The notes: generated by a model from the sequence alone, not told the origin. A stretch of 62,653 bases of DNA, filler included, from Stramenopiles sp. TOSAG23-2 (GCA_900128395.1; 8 parts of 8 records of this genome joined end to end with filler, not necessarily neighbours in it); one strand, 5' to 3'. Shown: positions 45,933 to 57,345, numbered from the whole stretch's first letter. Numbers and translations are program-made.

Positions 45933-46246
45933 ATGGATCTTTCGTTGAACAAAGTATCTATTTTAACCAAAATATACCTAAGGTAAATACTTTTTGGACG
46001 TAAAAAAAAAAGCGGGGGAAGCAAAGTAAAACCAAAAGAAAATTGAGAGAAAAAATGTTATTTTTTAGAATAAAAAATATGACATTTTATAATATTACCA
46101 CATCAGTTACGAGTATTATTCATAATAATTTTATTAAAAATATTAAAATATTACACACATTATATAATACTCAATGTTTATTATATACGAAGTTCGTATA
46201 TAAATATCGTGTTTAGCCTCACCGCTATCGAGTGAACCCGACGTTC

Positions 46247-46326
46247 AGCGCGTTCAACGTTCGAACATGTTGGAAGGATAGAAACCTACTTGTGCTTGTA
46301 GAGTATTAGTTTGCAGAGGTGCATTA
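46247..46326 (+). repeat. Dispersed repeat family A, 5' part, cut by the contig end
   Basis: AGCGCGTTCAACG..GGAAGGATAGAAACCTACTTGTGCTTGTAGAGTATTAGTTTGCAGAGGTGCATTA matches 60740-60826. Confidence 0.9.
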
Positions 46327-46426
46327 NNNNNNNNNNNNNNNNNNNNNNNNNNNNNNNNNNNNNNNNNNNNTTAATTAATTAANNNNNNNNNNNNNNNNNN
46401 NNNNNNNNNNNNNNNNNNNNNNNNNN
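46327..46426. other. Artificial contig linker
   Basis: N44-TTAATTAATTAA-N44. Confidence 0.98.
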
Positions 46427-49400
46427 CCAAATGCACCTTTGCCTAAGACTCTAATCCTTTCAAAATCTGTCAAACCAATTGCACGTCTTGGCGGCTTTCG
46501 CTGTTGTTGTTGTTGTAAATCCATTTTATGCTCTTCTATATTCTCGCTGCTATCGCTATTAAGATTCATCATGCCGATTGGTTGTTCTGGTGAATTTTTA
46601 CGTTGCGGGCGCCATCTAGGTGAAATATTCATATCATTTGGTGATGCAGATCCTTTGGTATAGGAGGAGGCGTGATTGTTATAGTAATTATTGCTATTAT
46701 TACTATCATAATTGTTATTGTTGTTGTTGTTTCGTGTTGTTAATAATTCGTATGGGGATGGATTATATTCTGAACTACCATGTACTGTATGGCTCAGGCT
46801 ATCATTTGGTGACGAATCTACAAATAAACTATCGTGGTCTCTGTGGGTGTTTAGCGTTTCAAAAGCTTTATCTGATCGGTCCCATCTTTGGTCGAGGGCT
46901 TCTTTAACATGAAAGTCAACATTGCAAAATTGTGGATTGTCAGTCTTTTGCAGCTCCGCTGAATGCAGATTTAAACCTGATACATTTGCTTTAATTAAAT
47001 TGTGTCTTTTTCTTTTCTCTTCCCTATTCACATTGTCTCGTTGTTCCATCGCATCCTTTCGTCCCATTGATACTTTTGCTATTGTTGCCAAATCTAATCG
47101 TTTCATCATTTCAATCATCATAGAACCATGTTCATAATTGCGATTTCCAGTTTTTGGTCGATATGACATAACTTCATGATCTTTCAACATATTGCGTATT
47201 TTTATAGCAGTCTTATTGCTTTCCACTTTTTCTGCTTTACTTGCACGAAATATCCAACCATCATTTTTTGACATCACGAAAATTATATTTTTTTTAACCA
47301 ATAAATCGTTTCTTTTTATTAAAATCTCTCCTAATATATCTAAGCATTTTTTATCTTCCAAAATACCACCAGTTAAAATTACAATAGCATATTCAGCTTG
47401 ATCAATATTAGTTGTGTGGGTTTGCTTCATCTCTATTAATGATTTTATAATATCTTCTGCAATTGCTTTTCCAGTTATTATATATTTATTCGATGATTCT
47501 TCAGCATAAACAACTAGAAATTTATGGCCACTTGTAAAATTAGGTGGTGTTGGTGTTGGCACATTGATGTTGGCACGTTCTAATAATTGGTACAACATTG
47601 CTTCGTATTCAAATCCACGACGACGATGGGGTATCATGTCTTTCTTCATTTCAATTATTTTATCACGTATGTCTGTTGCTTTGTTATCAGCACGTTTTTC
47701 TAAAGCTTTAAAACTCTTGAATCCCATGTCTTTTGTTTCAAGATCTTCATACGTATTTTCTAAAAAAGATGTTATAATACCATTAAGCTTCTGTACTGAC
47801 GGTTCCCATTCACGCTCTTCTATATTCTTATGATTTACTTTTCTTGAACATTTATTATTTTTCCAACGTTTTAAATCCCATTGCCAAAACATTGGATTTT
47901 CTTCAACTATTACAATAATTGGTTTTTTATACAACATTGCAGTGGCAAATTCTAATAAGCAATACCATCTAGACATATAGCTATTTGTTAACATGACGAC
48001 AAACACATCTGAATCGATCACACCTTGTATCATACTATTTGCATCAATATTTTTCTGGGACATGTCGCGCCATACATGTATACCTAATGTAGCTAATGTA
48101 TTGAACAATGCGCCAATTTCACCGGAGGATTCAGCTTGCATATGGGATATAAACATGTGATATTTCATTGGTCGCGGTGTTATTGAATTTAATGAAGTGG
48201 TGTTAATTAATGACTGGAAAAAGTGGTGTTTCAATATCTCATCAGCATCTTTCGGCCTTTCACCAGGTTTGCCTTTTAAACACCATCGAATTAAATCTTT
48301 AGTAGCATTTGTAAATTGTTGGTTACTTGGAAAATTAATCAAATTCAAATGTTTATCTGATATCGTATGCCATGCACATAAAATTCTTTTGTCTGTTTCA
48401 TTTACTAAATTATCGTTACTTATATCTAGGTGAAACAATCGCTGCCCTGTACATAGTTCAAATAATAACACACCTAATGACCAAACATCAAATGAGGTTT
48501 TGATTTTGTCCAATGTCTCATTAGGTATGAGCAAACACCGAGCTAATTCTGGAGGACAGTAGCCTGTGCTATGCTTTGAGTCTTTCTTTCGTTGGCTATC
48601 GCATCTACATGCTGCATCCATATCGCATAATAGCAATTGTTCTTTGCCATTACGGTTAACATATAATAAATTCCGCGGTTTTAAATCACAATGTATATAT
48701 TCTAAATCATGCAACTCTTTCACTTTGGTTACAGCTTGGCAAAATATGTTAGCAATTTTATTTGGATTATAACCGGCAATACCTTGTGTAGAAAGCTCGT
48801 GAAACAATGATACAACGCCACGTTCCATTACCAGTACAAATTGGTGATCAGGGTGAAATGTTGGCTCTGTGACACAATCTCGTTGTTTTCCATTATGATT
48901 TTCTAATGGAACTTTTGTTTCAGCGTTCGGCAAATGCCACCCAAGTACTTTGACTACACATTGATTAATCCTATCATCAAGATTATTACTAAATCGTGCA
49001 GTAATCTCACGTTTAAATTCATCATAATTTTTCATTAATTTTAATGCTACTTGATTGTTGTTATCTTTAGTATCTGTAGCAAAAAACACAATCGATGTTG
49101 ATGATTGATGTATTGGTTTTTCTTCATTCGTGATTTTATAACGTTGAAATTTTGTACCGAGTGATTTGGCCCATTGAACAACTAATGGCCATTTGCAATT
49201 GTTACGTACGATAGCATAACGATCACGATCTAGTGCATCACGGTATGTTGGTTTCATTTTGTTATAAATGTGCTTTGTTAACTCAAGATGTTCATTCTCC
49301 TTGAATTTGTCAACTGTCATTCCGCATATGTAATGTAAATTAGTTTCGCCATTTATTTCTAAATCTTCGTCAATTTGATTAATACGTTTATCACTTGCTA

Positions 49401-50460
49401 ACATTTTATATATATTTACATTTAAATCATCAATTACGTGACGTAATATGATAGGTGTTTCCGGGAGATTGCCCATGTATACATTATCTTCATTCAGTAA
49501 TTTTTGAAACGCATTAAAATGTCTATCTTTTAATGCATTATTTAAATCATTTAAATCACCATTATTTGGTCCTACATAATTGCCATTTTTATCATAAGTA
49601 TTTGCTTTTCCACCATATGAACGTATAAGTTTTATGATCTCTTGTTTATTTGGACTATCATTATTATATGCCAAGTCCAGCGGGGTATTCCCCCACGATG
49701 TTTTATTACGACTTGTTTTATTAATATTATCAAGAGATAGGTTGTCTAATATTAGTTGAATCAATTCAGTATTCATTTTGCTGTAACGCGTTAGTTTATG
49801 CAGTGCATTTTCTCCATCAAGCTTTACATCACTAGGATCAGCTTTACAGTCTCCTATTAAATAACGAACAATGTCGAAACGTCCATTCGCTATAGCTGCC
49901 CTTAAAGGTGTCGTACGATAACCATTCCTGTTCCTACCAACTTGATTCACTGTCTCTTTTTTTGTTATACCACTTTCATTCACGTCATGACCTGAAATAA
50001 ATAATTTCACATAATCAGAACGTCCTATTTCACATGCATATACCAATGGAGTGCCTGCTGGATTAGCCCCATGCTTTACAAGGCAATGTGCTATCTTATA
50101 TCTTTCTTCTTCTATTTTGATGTTTCCCCCTATCGCCATCACTGCTGCTTGTATTGGTGTGTTTGAAATGCCATCACAGTTGATCAAAACTTGGTTTAGC
50201 ATCTCTTTTAATGTTCTACCACTTTTGATCACATTATGGCCTTTGATCAATAATTGCACATGCCCAAAACGCCCACATTGAATCGCGCATATCAGTGGCG
50301 TGCCCATCCAAAATTCATTTTTATATGCCCTTTTTAAATTCTCCACAGTGTTGCTATCAATTGTTGCACCATTCTCTAGTAGTATTTCTCCTTTGTCATT
50401 AAATGCACGCATCTCCAACTCACCAGAGGCATAGTTGTTATTATTCTCAATCGATGCCAT
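46427..50460 (-). CDS. Ankyrin repeat - atypical Ser/Thr kinase - TIR - degenerate TIR protein; 3'-truncated where a second, AGC-like kinase begins
   Basis: GTPLICA, GTPLVYA, TTPLRAA, ENALH and NTPLDLA ankyrins; VALKLM, IHCDLKPRN, LCDMDAA, STGYCPPE, DVWSLG; MFISH..VWRD..SDVFVVMLTNSYMSRWYCLLEF (TIR); ends IGLTDFERIRVLGKGAF. Confidence 0.88.
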
Positions 50461-51151
50461 AATAATTCTTCAATTTCAATATTATTGTTTTAGTGAAATG
50501 TTCAAAAGTACTTTAGTAATTATATAATTTTCTTTTTCTTCTTTCTAAAAATGTACGCGTATAATGTGCTACATAATGTATGAATATAATACGGTAGAAT
50601 ATATTCCCGTATCTATTATATGATGCCTTATACATGTATGCCTATGATATAAGCCGCCAGCAAGCTATACCACCTGCTATAATACCTGTAAAGCCCAGCA
50701 GCTGCTTGCAAGCTGGCAAGCTGGGCAAGCACAAAAGTGAAAAAAAAGTGAAAAAAATGTTGGTCCATTGGTTTTTTTTACTAGGAAAAAAGTGGAGAAG
50801 ATGATTAATGATTGCAATGGAAATCACTGAAATACCTATCAAATATCATAAATTATACTTAAAATGGTAATTAGAATACCATAAATATAAAAATAGCACT
50901 GAATAGCACTGTGTTTTTATATTAAACGTCTCTTTTGACATACTTATAAACGTGACAAAAGGCATATTTTTAAAGCTATGGTGTGGTAGTATTAATATTG
51001 ATATGTGCATATATATATATTTGTGTGTGATGGAATAATAATGTAATTGATGGATGGGCAGATTCTGTTTGGGTATATTATTGTTAGAAAAAGATAGATA
51101 GACAGATAGATAGCTATTACTTTTTTGTGCGAACATTATATAATAAATAAT

Positions 51152-51366
51152 AATAGATTGTGTGTGTGTGTTGGAAGATACAATAATAGCACAATAATAA
51201 TAATAATACTGTACAATAGATTGTGTTGCCACATACAATAATAATAATAATAATAATAATAATAGATTGGGTGTGGCCACATATACAGTAATTATAATTA
51301 TATAATAGATTGGGTTGCCGCATACGTTTAATAATAAAAATACTAATAGATTGTGTTGCCGGATAC
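51152..51366 (+). repeat. Array of five repeats of about 22 nt (AATAGATTG(T/G)GTTGCC.CATAC) separated by AAT-rich spacers
   Basis: Copies start at 51152, 51215, 51261, 51304 and 51345; the array ends about 45 nt before the ATG at 51412. Confidence 0.85.
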
Positions 51367-51411
51367 AATAACAATAAATAATTTATAATAATAAAATAAT
51401 AAACAAACAAA

Positions 51412-52254
51412 ATGGCAGGTAGATCAATATTTAAAAAAAGAAAACCATTTGTACCAAAAAGGAAACAAAAAATTAGTATTTTTCAACCATGGAAAACAAA
51501 TCCAAAAACTGGTTGTTTAGAGGCGACATGTATATTATGTAAACGTAGATTTATTGCATTGGATAAATCACAAATTCATATGGTAGCGCCTAGTACAGGT
51601 AAATGTTTTTATTGTAGACAACATGAGCATCTTCATAAAAATGATGATAATGAACATTATAATGTAAATCATGCAATACATGATGAAAGATTATATGAAC
51701 AAATAGGAACTGCACATGAAGGTCGATGGAGGGATAGACCAGAACATATTCAATATACATTTGAAGAAACTGTAATTGGGAAACAACAAAATCCTATACC
51801 ACATTGGTCATGTTGTAAAAATACTATTAGAATGCCATCACAACCTGGTAATCGATGTCCAACTGCTGAAATACGAAAATTAAGAATTGAAGAGGAAAAA
51901 GAAAAAGAGAAAGAAGAACGCTATAAAGCTCATAAACGACAATTACATGGAAGAGATAAATTAACAAAGAATAAAAACATGCCAAATATACCAGCATCGA
52001 TGATGCGGACACGTAGTCGAGAACAACGAAGTAGAGATAGAATGAGAAATGAAGAAGAAAAGAAACTAAAATCAATAGAACAGAAGAAAAAAGATGCAAA
52101 AGATTTTGAAAAAGCATTTGCAATTATTAATGAAGTAGATGAAGAAGAGGAAGAAGATCGTGGTGATGATCATGGTTCAAATAATAATGATTTCCAAGTG
52201 ATTGATATTTCATCAAAATTAGATGATGATGATGATATTAGTAGTATGTTGTGA
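51412..52254 (+). CDS. Hypothetical protein with a CxxC..CxxC zinc ribbon, an HxGxW..HWSCC..C motif and a charged coiled coil
   Basis: CILCK..CFYCR; HEGRW..HWSCCKN..RC; KE-rich helix; acidic tail. Confidence 0.65.
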   Translation: MAGRSIFKKRKPFVPKRKQKISIFQPWKTNPKTGCLEATCILCKRRFIALDKSQIHMVAPSTGKCFYCRQHEHLHKNDDNEHYNVNHAIHDERLYEQIGTAHEGRWRDRPEHIQYTFEETVIGKQQNPIPHWSCCKNTIRMPSQPGNRCPTAEIRKLRIEEEKEKEKEERYKAHKRQLHGRDKLTKNKNMPNIPASMMRTRSREQRSRDRMRNEEEKKLKSIEQKKKDAKDFEKAFAIINEVDEEEEEDRGDDHGSNNNDFQVIDISSKLDDDDDISSML

Positions 52255-52383
52255 AACAGAGCTGATATTCCAAGTTTCCCTTAAAAAAACATATCATAAT
52301 GCAATTATTAAAATACAGTAATATATTTAAACGCATGCTGTTATTGTTTTTTATGATCATCTTGAATCGATACGGTATGCATT

Positions 52384-53745
52384 TTAATAATCATCATCAT
52401 CACTAACACTACTATCACTTTCTTCTTCTTGTGCATCATCATCATCATCGTCGTCATTTTTTCTTCTACGAACCGTACGTTTACCATTTTCATCATGGCA
52501 ATTTGCTTTTCCACCTTTTGAATGTAAAAGATCAATAATCTCTTGTTGAATTGAACTAGTATTATGCTCATAAATTGCATCTACTAAAGTTTGATGGTAG
52601 TAATTCAATTTATTGATATCATCTATCTTTGCCAATGCGTCGTGCACGATTGCTATATCGGTAGCAGTAACTATCACCCCTCGTTCTGTTCCATTTAAAT
52701 CTCCATTACCTCCTCCTACTTTTCTGCCATTTTCATCATGCCAATTTCCTTTTCCACCTTTTGAACGTAAAAGTGCAATGATCTCTTGGCGAATTGGACT
52801 ATCATTATTTACATACGCGCAATCCAACGGAGTGCATTCCCCGTACTCTTTCGTGGCCTTCTTATTAATGCAATCAATCCGCATATGATTTAATAATAGA
52901 TCAATTAAATCGGTATTCTTTTTGTTATTGCGTGCTGCAGCATGCAATGCATTCAATTCATCACTATTTGTAATATTAGGATCAGCTTCACCTTGTTCAA
53001 TCAAATATTTAACGATTTGGAAATGTTCTTGGTATGATGCTACAATTAAAGGTGTATATTCACCACCACGACTATTTTTACCGACTTGACTCACCATTTC
53101 TTTTAATGTCATATAACTGCCATTCACATCATGGCCTGTAATCAATAATTTCACATCATCAAAACGCCCGTGTTGACATGCACATACTAATGGCGTACCT
53201 CTTCGAAATTCTTTTTTATATTTATTCTTTAATTCCTCCGCCAATTGTAGTTTATATGGATATTGTATATCTTTACATAGTTGATATAATGTATTATCCT
53301 TTCGATTTTTACAAAACGATTGAATAAAGGATGAATAGATCAATGAACTTAATGATTTAATATCTAACATACTAAGGATGGTACAAACAATATGCAGTCC
53401 TGCGCCGCCACTTGGTAAAATATGAATGAATGATGGGTTGATAATATTTTCTACATCTACATTAGCTGTCTTTTGAATAATGACATGTTCTAAAGGTAAT
53501 ACTTCAATTGTATTTTTCCTATTTTCCGCTAATAATATTTCTGATGAATTATTATTATTATTATTATTATTATTGATGATGTTATTACTATTGTTGTTAT
53601 TACTATTGTTGTTATGCAACTTATTACTAGTACTACGATTTCTACAAAGACTTAATTTATTGCTTTTATTATTATGTATTATTTTAATATCATCATAATT
53701 TTCTGTTATAATCGTACTTTTCCAAAAATAGGAGGAGGATGCCAT
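52384..53745 (-). CDS. F-box-like plus ankyrin repeat protein
   Basis: IHILPSGGAGLHIVCTILSMLDIKSLSSL (F-box-like); GTPLVCACQHG, YTPLIVASYQEH, NALHAAA, TPLDCAY; acidic tail. Confidence 0.8.
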   Translation of the reverse strand: MASSSYFWKSTIITENYDDIKIIHNNKSNKLSLCRNRSTSNKLHNNNSNNNNSNNIINNNNNNNNNSSEILLAENRKNTIEVLPLEHVIIQKTANVDVENIINPSFIHILPSGGAGLHIVCTILSMLDIKSLSSLIYSSFIQSFCKNRKDNTLYQLCKDIQYPYKLQLAEELKNKYKKEFRRGTPLVCACQHGRFDDVKLLITGHDVNGSYMTLKEMVSQVGKNSRGGEYTPLIVASYQEHFQIVKYLIEQGEADPNITNSDELNALHAAARNNKKNTDLIDLLLNHMRIDCINKKATKEYGECTPLDCAYVNNDSPIRQEIIALLRSKGGKGNWHDENGRKVGGGNGDLNGTERGVIVTATDIAIVHDALAKIDDINKLNYYHQTLVDAIYEHNTSSIQQEIIDLLHSKGGKANCHDENGKRTVRRRKNDDDDDDDAQEEESDSSVSDDDDY

Positions 53746-54321
53746 ATTATATTATTGTCTTTTATAACAATATATATATTTAATTAAAATATAAAATGAT
53801 GTGCAAATGTAAATGTATATTATATATATTTATTACGTATATTTCCAACCACAAACTTTATGGAAACGAGCACGATATGGCGATAAATATATATATATAT
53901 AACTGGCTATTATGGTATCTTATGGGTAATAATAATATTTGCAAATATGTTTTACTACTACGGATTTCTTCTCCTTTTTTACTCTTCTATATACCGGTAG
54001 ACCGTATCATCTATTATATCTATAAAAAGATATATATAATATTTACCTGGTATAAGATTAACACACAGGACTATTGTGGAATCCCACACAGGTATTAATA
54101 CAGGAATCCCACGGGGGTTTTTTATATTTATATAATTGTTTAAGTATAATAATAAAAAATAAGAGTTCTTCCAACAAAAATTCAAAAAATACAACTTTTT
54201 ATTTTTAAATAATCTAATTTGTAAAAGATGATGCCACTGATACTAATAATACTTAATGAATATAACAAAATTCCACGAAAAAAACGTATAAAATTAATAC
54301 TTGCATGCCAGCCCGGAAAGT

Positions 54322-55638
54322 TTAATAATTAGAAGTAAAGATCAAACTTCTACCAACATAAATTACAGCGATAGATGACAAAGATGCAAGTGAAAATATG
54401 ATTTTTTTCAGTAATTCACCATCCAAACTAAATCCTAATACGTGTACCGTGACCATCCGTCTTTGCTCTTTTAACCAATATTCATCAAACGTTTCATATC
54501 GCATATTTAACTTTTCTTCAACTCCTTTGATAAAATCAATAAATTTTAATTTTTCACATGCTTTTCGAAATATTATTGGACCTGCTGCTAGTTGAAAACC
54601 ATGGACATATGTTAAAAGAAACATCCCCATAAACAATCCATACAAAACCCAGAGATGAGTCCCTATTTCATTTGGAATATCATTTGTCATAGTCCGTGTA
54701 ACAAACACCAATATTATACTAATCGACACTACGATTCCCAAAAAAACATTCAATGGGTGAAAAAAGTACGCTTTCTTTCTTTCTTTCATACGATATTCAA
54801 AGTTCATTTGATGCTCTCTTAATAATCGAAGTGAATCTTTCTTGTTAATTACCTTTTTTTTATTTAATACAATATCTTCAACGATACTTAAATATGATTT
54901 TATTTCAATTTCGTTTTTCCTAGCTAAAAATGTTCTCGAGAAAACGTTATATTGCTGCATTGCAAAAATAGGCAATCCTAATAATAAGTATGCTACACAG
55001 AAACCTGCCATTAAATACTTGCCTTGTACAAATATGAGAGTATATATTGGATAATACATTATTATCGAATAGGGAGCAGTCCAAAATTTGAAAAAAAGGA
55101 TAGGCACGGCAGCACTGAATGGTTTAGCTATCGCATGAAGTTTTTTGCAATCATCAGGGTCCCTGATACTTTCTTTGGCATCAATCGACTTTGAAATGAT
55201 CAAATCAACCTTGTTTCGAAATGTAACACCTCCAATAAATACTACTACAGTCAATATAATTTTAATTGGTTCATCCATACGATATCCTTCTAAGGCACTA
55301 TATATAGCAGCTGGGTTAATTATTACATTTGTAATAAATCCAATAATTTTCCAAACAAATGCAAGTTGTCTTTCACCTTTTGTAAATTCAATACCTTCAG
55401 GACAAACGCCACACAGCACGTACCACCGTTTAATAGCTGGCGTTACGTAATTTGCAGTACCACTACTTCTAGGCATAGCTTCCACTTCTAGTTGTTCATA
55501 GGATGGCCGTCTGCTAGATTTAGAAGAAGAAGAATCATTTAACATATTATCAATATTATTAATTTCTTTCACATCTTCTTCATTCCATAAATCATCTTCC
55601 TTCACCGTATATAAATTATTTGTTCCTTCTTGTTCCAT
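54322..55638 (-). CDS. 7-TM gustatory-receptor-like (7TMIC/DUF3537-like) membrane protein
   Basis: No signal peptide; cytosolic N-terminus; about 7 hydrophobic helices with long charged loops after TM4 and TM6; C-terminal VTVHVLGFSLDGELLKKIIFSLASLSSIAVIY resembles TM7a/7b. Confidence 0.6.
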   Translation of the reverse strand: MEQEGTNNLYTVKEDDLWNEEDVKEINNIDNMLNDSSSSKSSRRPSYEQLEVEAMPRSSGTANYVTPAIKRWYVLCGVCPEGIEFTKGERQLAFVWKIIGFITNVIINPAAIYSALEGYRMDEPIKIILTVVVFIGGVTFRNKVDLIISKSIDAKESIRDPDDCKKLHAIAKPFSAAVPILFFKFWTAPYSIIMYYPIYTLIFVQGKYLMAGFCVAYLLLGLPIFAMQQYNVFSRTFLARKNEIEIKSYLSIVEDIVLNKKKVINKKDSLRLLREHQMNFEYRMKERKKAYFFHPLNVFLGIVVSISIILVFVTRTMTNDIPNEIGTHLWVLYGLFMGMFLLTYVHGFQLAAGPIIFRKACEKLKFIDFIKGVEEKLNMRYETFDEYWLKEQRRMVTVHVLGFSLDGELLKKIIFSLASLSSIAVIYVGRSLIFTSNY

Positions 55639-55863
55639 TGTTTCTTTTATGTATGTATATATGTATATAAATCTATCTTTATTTCCTTTTCTTTACGCAT
55701 GCAATATATCATCAGAATCTTCCAATGTTATATATCTATATTATATTATCACACCATACTACACCATATTACTATTACAGGTATAACGTCTTTTCTATAA
55801 AGTTAATTATTTTTTCTTCTTGTTGTTATTGAATAAGAAGATATACAGGTGGGTATATTTAAA

Positions 55864-55966
55864 TAGTAAGGAAGTACATTCTGCATATACATATACATAT
55901 ATATATATATAATAATAATAATAAAGAAGATATATTTAGTAAGGAAGTACATTCTGCATATACATA
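55864..55966 (+). repeat. 30-bp direct repeat in a divergent intergenic region
   Basis: TAGTAAGGAAGTACATTCTGCATATACATA at 55864 and 55937. Confidence 0.85.
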
Positions 55967-56002
55967 CATATATATAGATAATAACAAACAAGAACAGCAA
56001 CC

Positions 56003-57345
56003 ATGGCACAAATTAATAAAGAACTTCTCGCTTCAGAAGCGGAATATGCAACGGGTGGTACAGAAATTGATGAATCAATAGTTGATAAATTTATTGGACC
56101 TAATTATAAAGCAGATGACTTAACGAAAGGTTTTCAAGTTAATAATGGTACAATAACTAAATTTAAAATGGACTCGAAAGATAGCAAAATTTATCCTGGG
56201 ATCAAATTAGTAAAAAATCAAGCAAAACTATGGGAAGCAGAGAAAGGTATTGGACTTGATTCCGTATTTCGTCTTCCGGTTGGACCAAAAGGTACAAAAG
56301 TAAAAGCAACTTTCCGTATACCAAATGAAAATACTCCGAAACCAGATGTATTATGGGAGCCAGCGCCATATAAAAGAGACATATGGGTATATGTGCCAAA
56401 TAGTTTGGATAAAAATACCCCAGCTCCACTTTTGTTAATTAATGATGGTGTTATGTACGAAGGTTGGGCTGTAGCGGGTCAAGGATGTTGTATGAACTAT
56501 TGTTGTTGTTGTTGTGCTGGTGATTTGCGAGCATGCAAAAGCTTTACAAGTACTGTTGATGCTATGATTGGTGCCAATAAATTAAAGCCAATGGTAGTCA
56601 TTAGTTTAAATGCTGGTGGAAAAACGGACCCATATGAACAACGTTCATTGGAGCTCAATACCAGGGATGATAAGTATGGTGAATTTCTTGAAACAGAAGT
56701 TATACCACTAGTTGAAAAGAAGTTCAATTTACAAATCAGTAAAGAAGCGAAAGATCGTGCTGTTATTGGAACATCAAGTGGAGCAGCAAATGTAAGTTCT
56801 CATGTTGAATGTTTTAATCAATTCATAATTATCAAACTACTATATATATGGTGATGTATATTTATATACTAACATTTTACTTATCATAATATATAAACAT
56901 TTTTCTACAGGCATTTCACTTAGCCTGGAGCAGACCAAAGTTATGGAGTCGAGTTGGCGCTTATTCTTGCAGTCTTGTTGATTTTCATTATCCATATGAT
57001 CCTGAAAAACCAAATGGAATGTGGGATTATCATTCTGGCCAAGAAATTGTGAAAAATGATAGTACTGATCATTCTGGTTTACGTGTTGCCTTGTATGGAA
57101 TGGATATTGATTTTGGATCTGATTTGGGACATAACAGTCGAAAAAATACTAATACTGCAACGAATCGTGTAGCAGCTGCTTTAAAAGGAAGGAGCGATGG
57201 TGTTAAATGTCGTTATATTCAATGCAGAGATGCGGTCCACACAGACAATCGTGTCATTGCAGAAACATTACCAAGTATGTTGGAATGGATATGGTCAGAC
57301 GGTGATACAACAGGTAGTGCATCAACAATGGAAATGTTGCGTTAG
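56003..57345 (+). CDS. Enterochelin-esterase (Fes)-like alpha/beta hydrolase, 2 exons (56003-56791, 56911-57345)
   Basis: RDIWVYVP, LLINDG, QRSLE, FLETEVIPLVE; splicing restores GTSSGAAN|AFHLAWSRP; candidate catalytic His in DAVH. Confidence 0.85.
56792..56910 (+). other. Spliceosomal intron (phase 0, 119 nt)
   Basis: GTAAGT donor, TACTAAC at 56867-73, TTTTTCTACAG acceptor; removal joins the two ORFs in frame. Confidence 0.92.

Noticed and set aside
51152-51366. CRISPR array
   Set aside because: The repeats are degenerate, the spacers are low-complexity AAT runs, there are no cas genes, and the context is eukaryotic.
54075-54115. GGAATCCCAC direct repeat resembling NF-kB sites near the ankyrin and TIR genes
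   Set aside because: There are only two 10-mers and no evidence for Rel-family factors; chance or a small duplication is sufficient.
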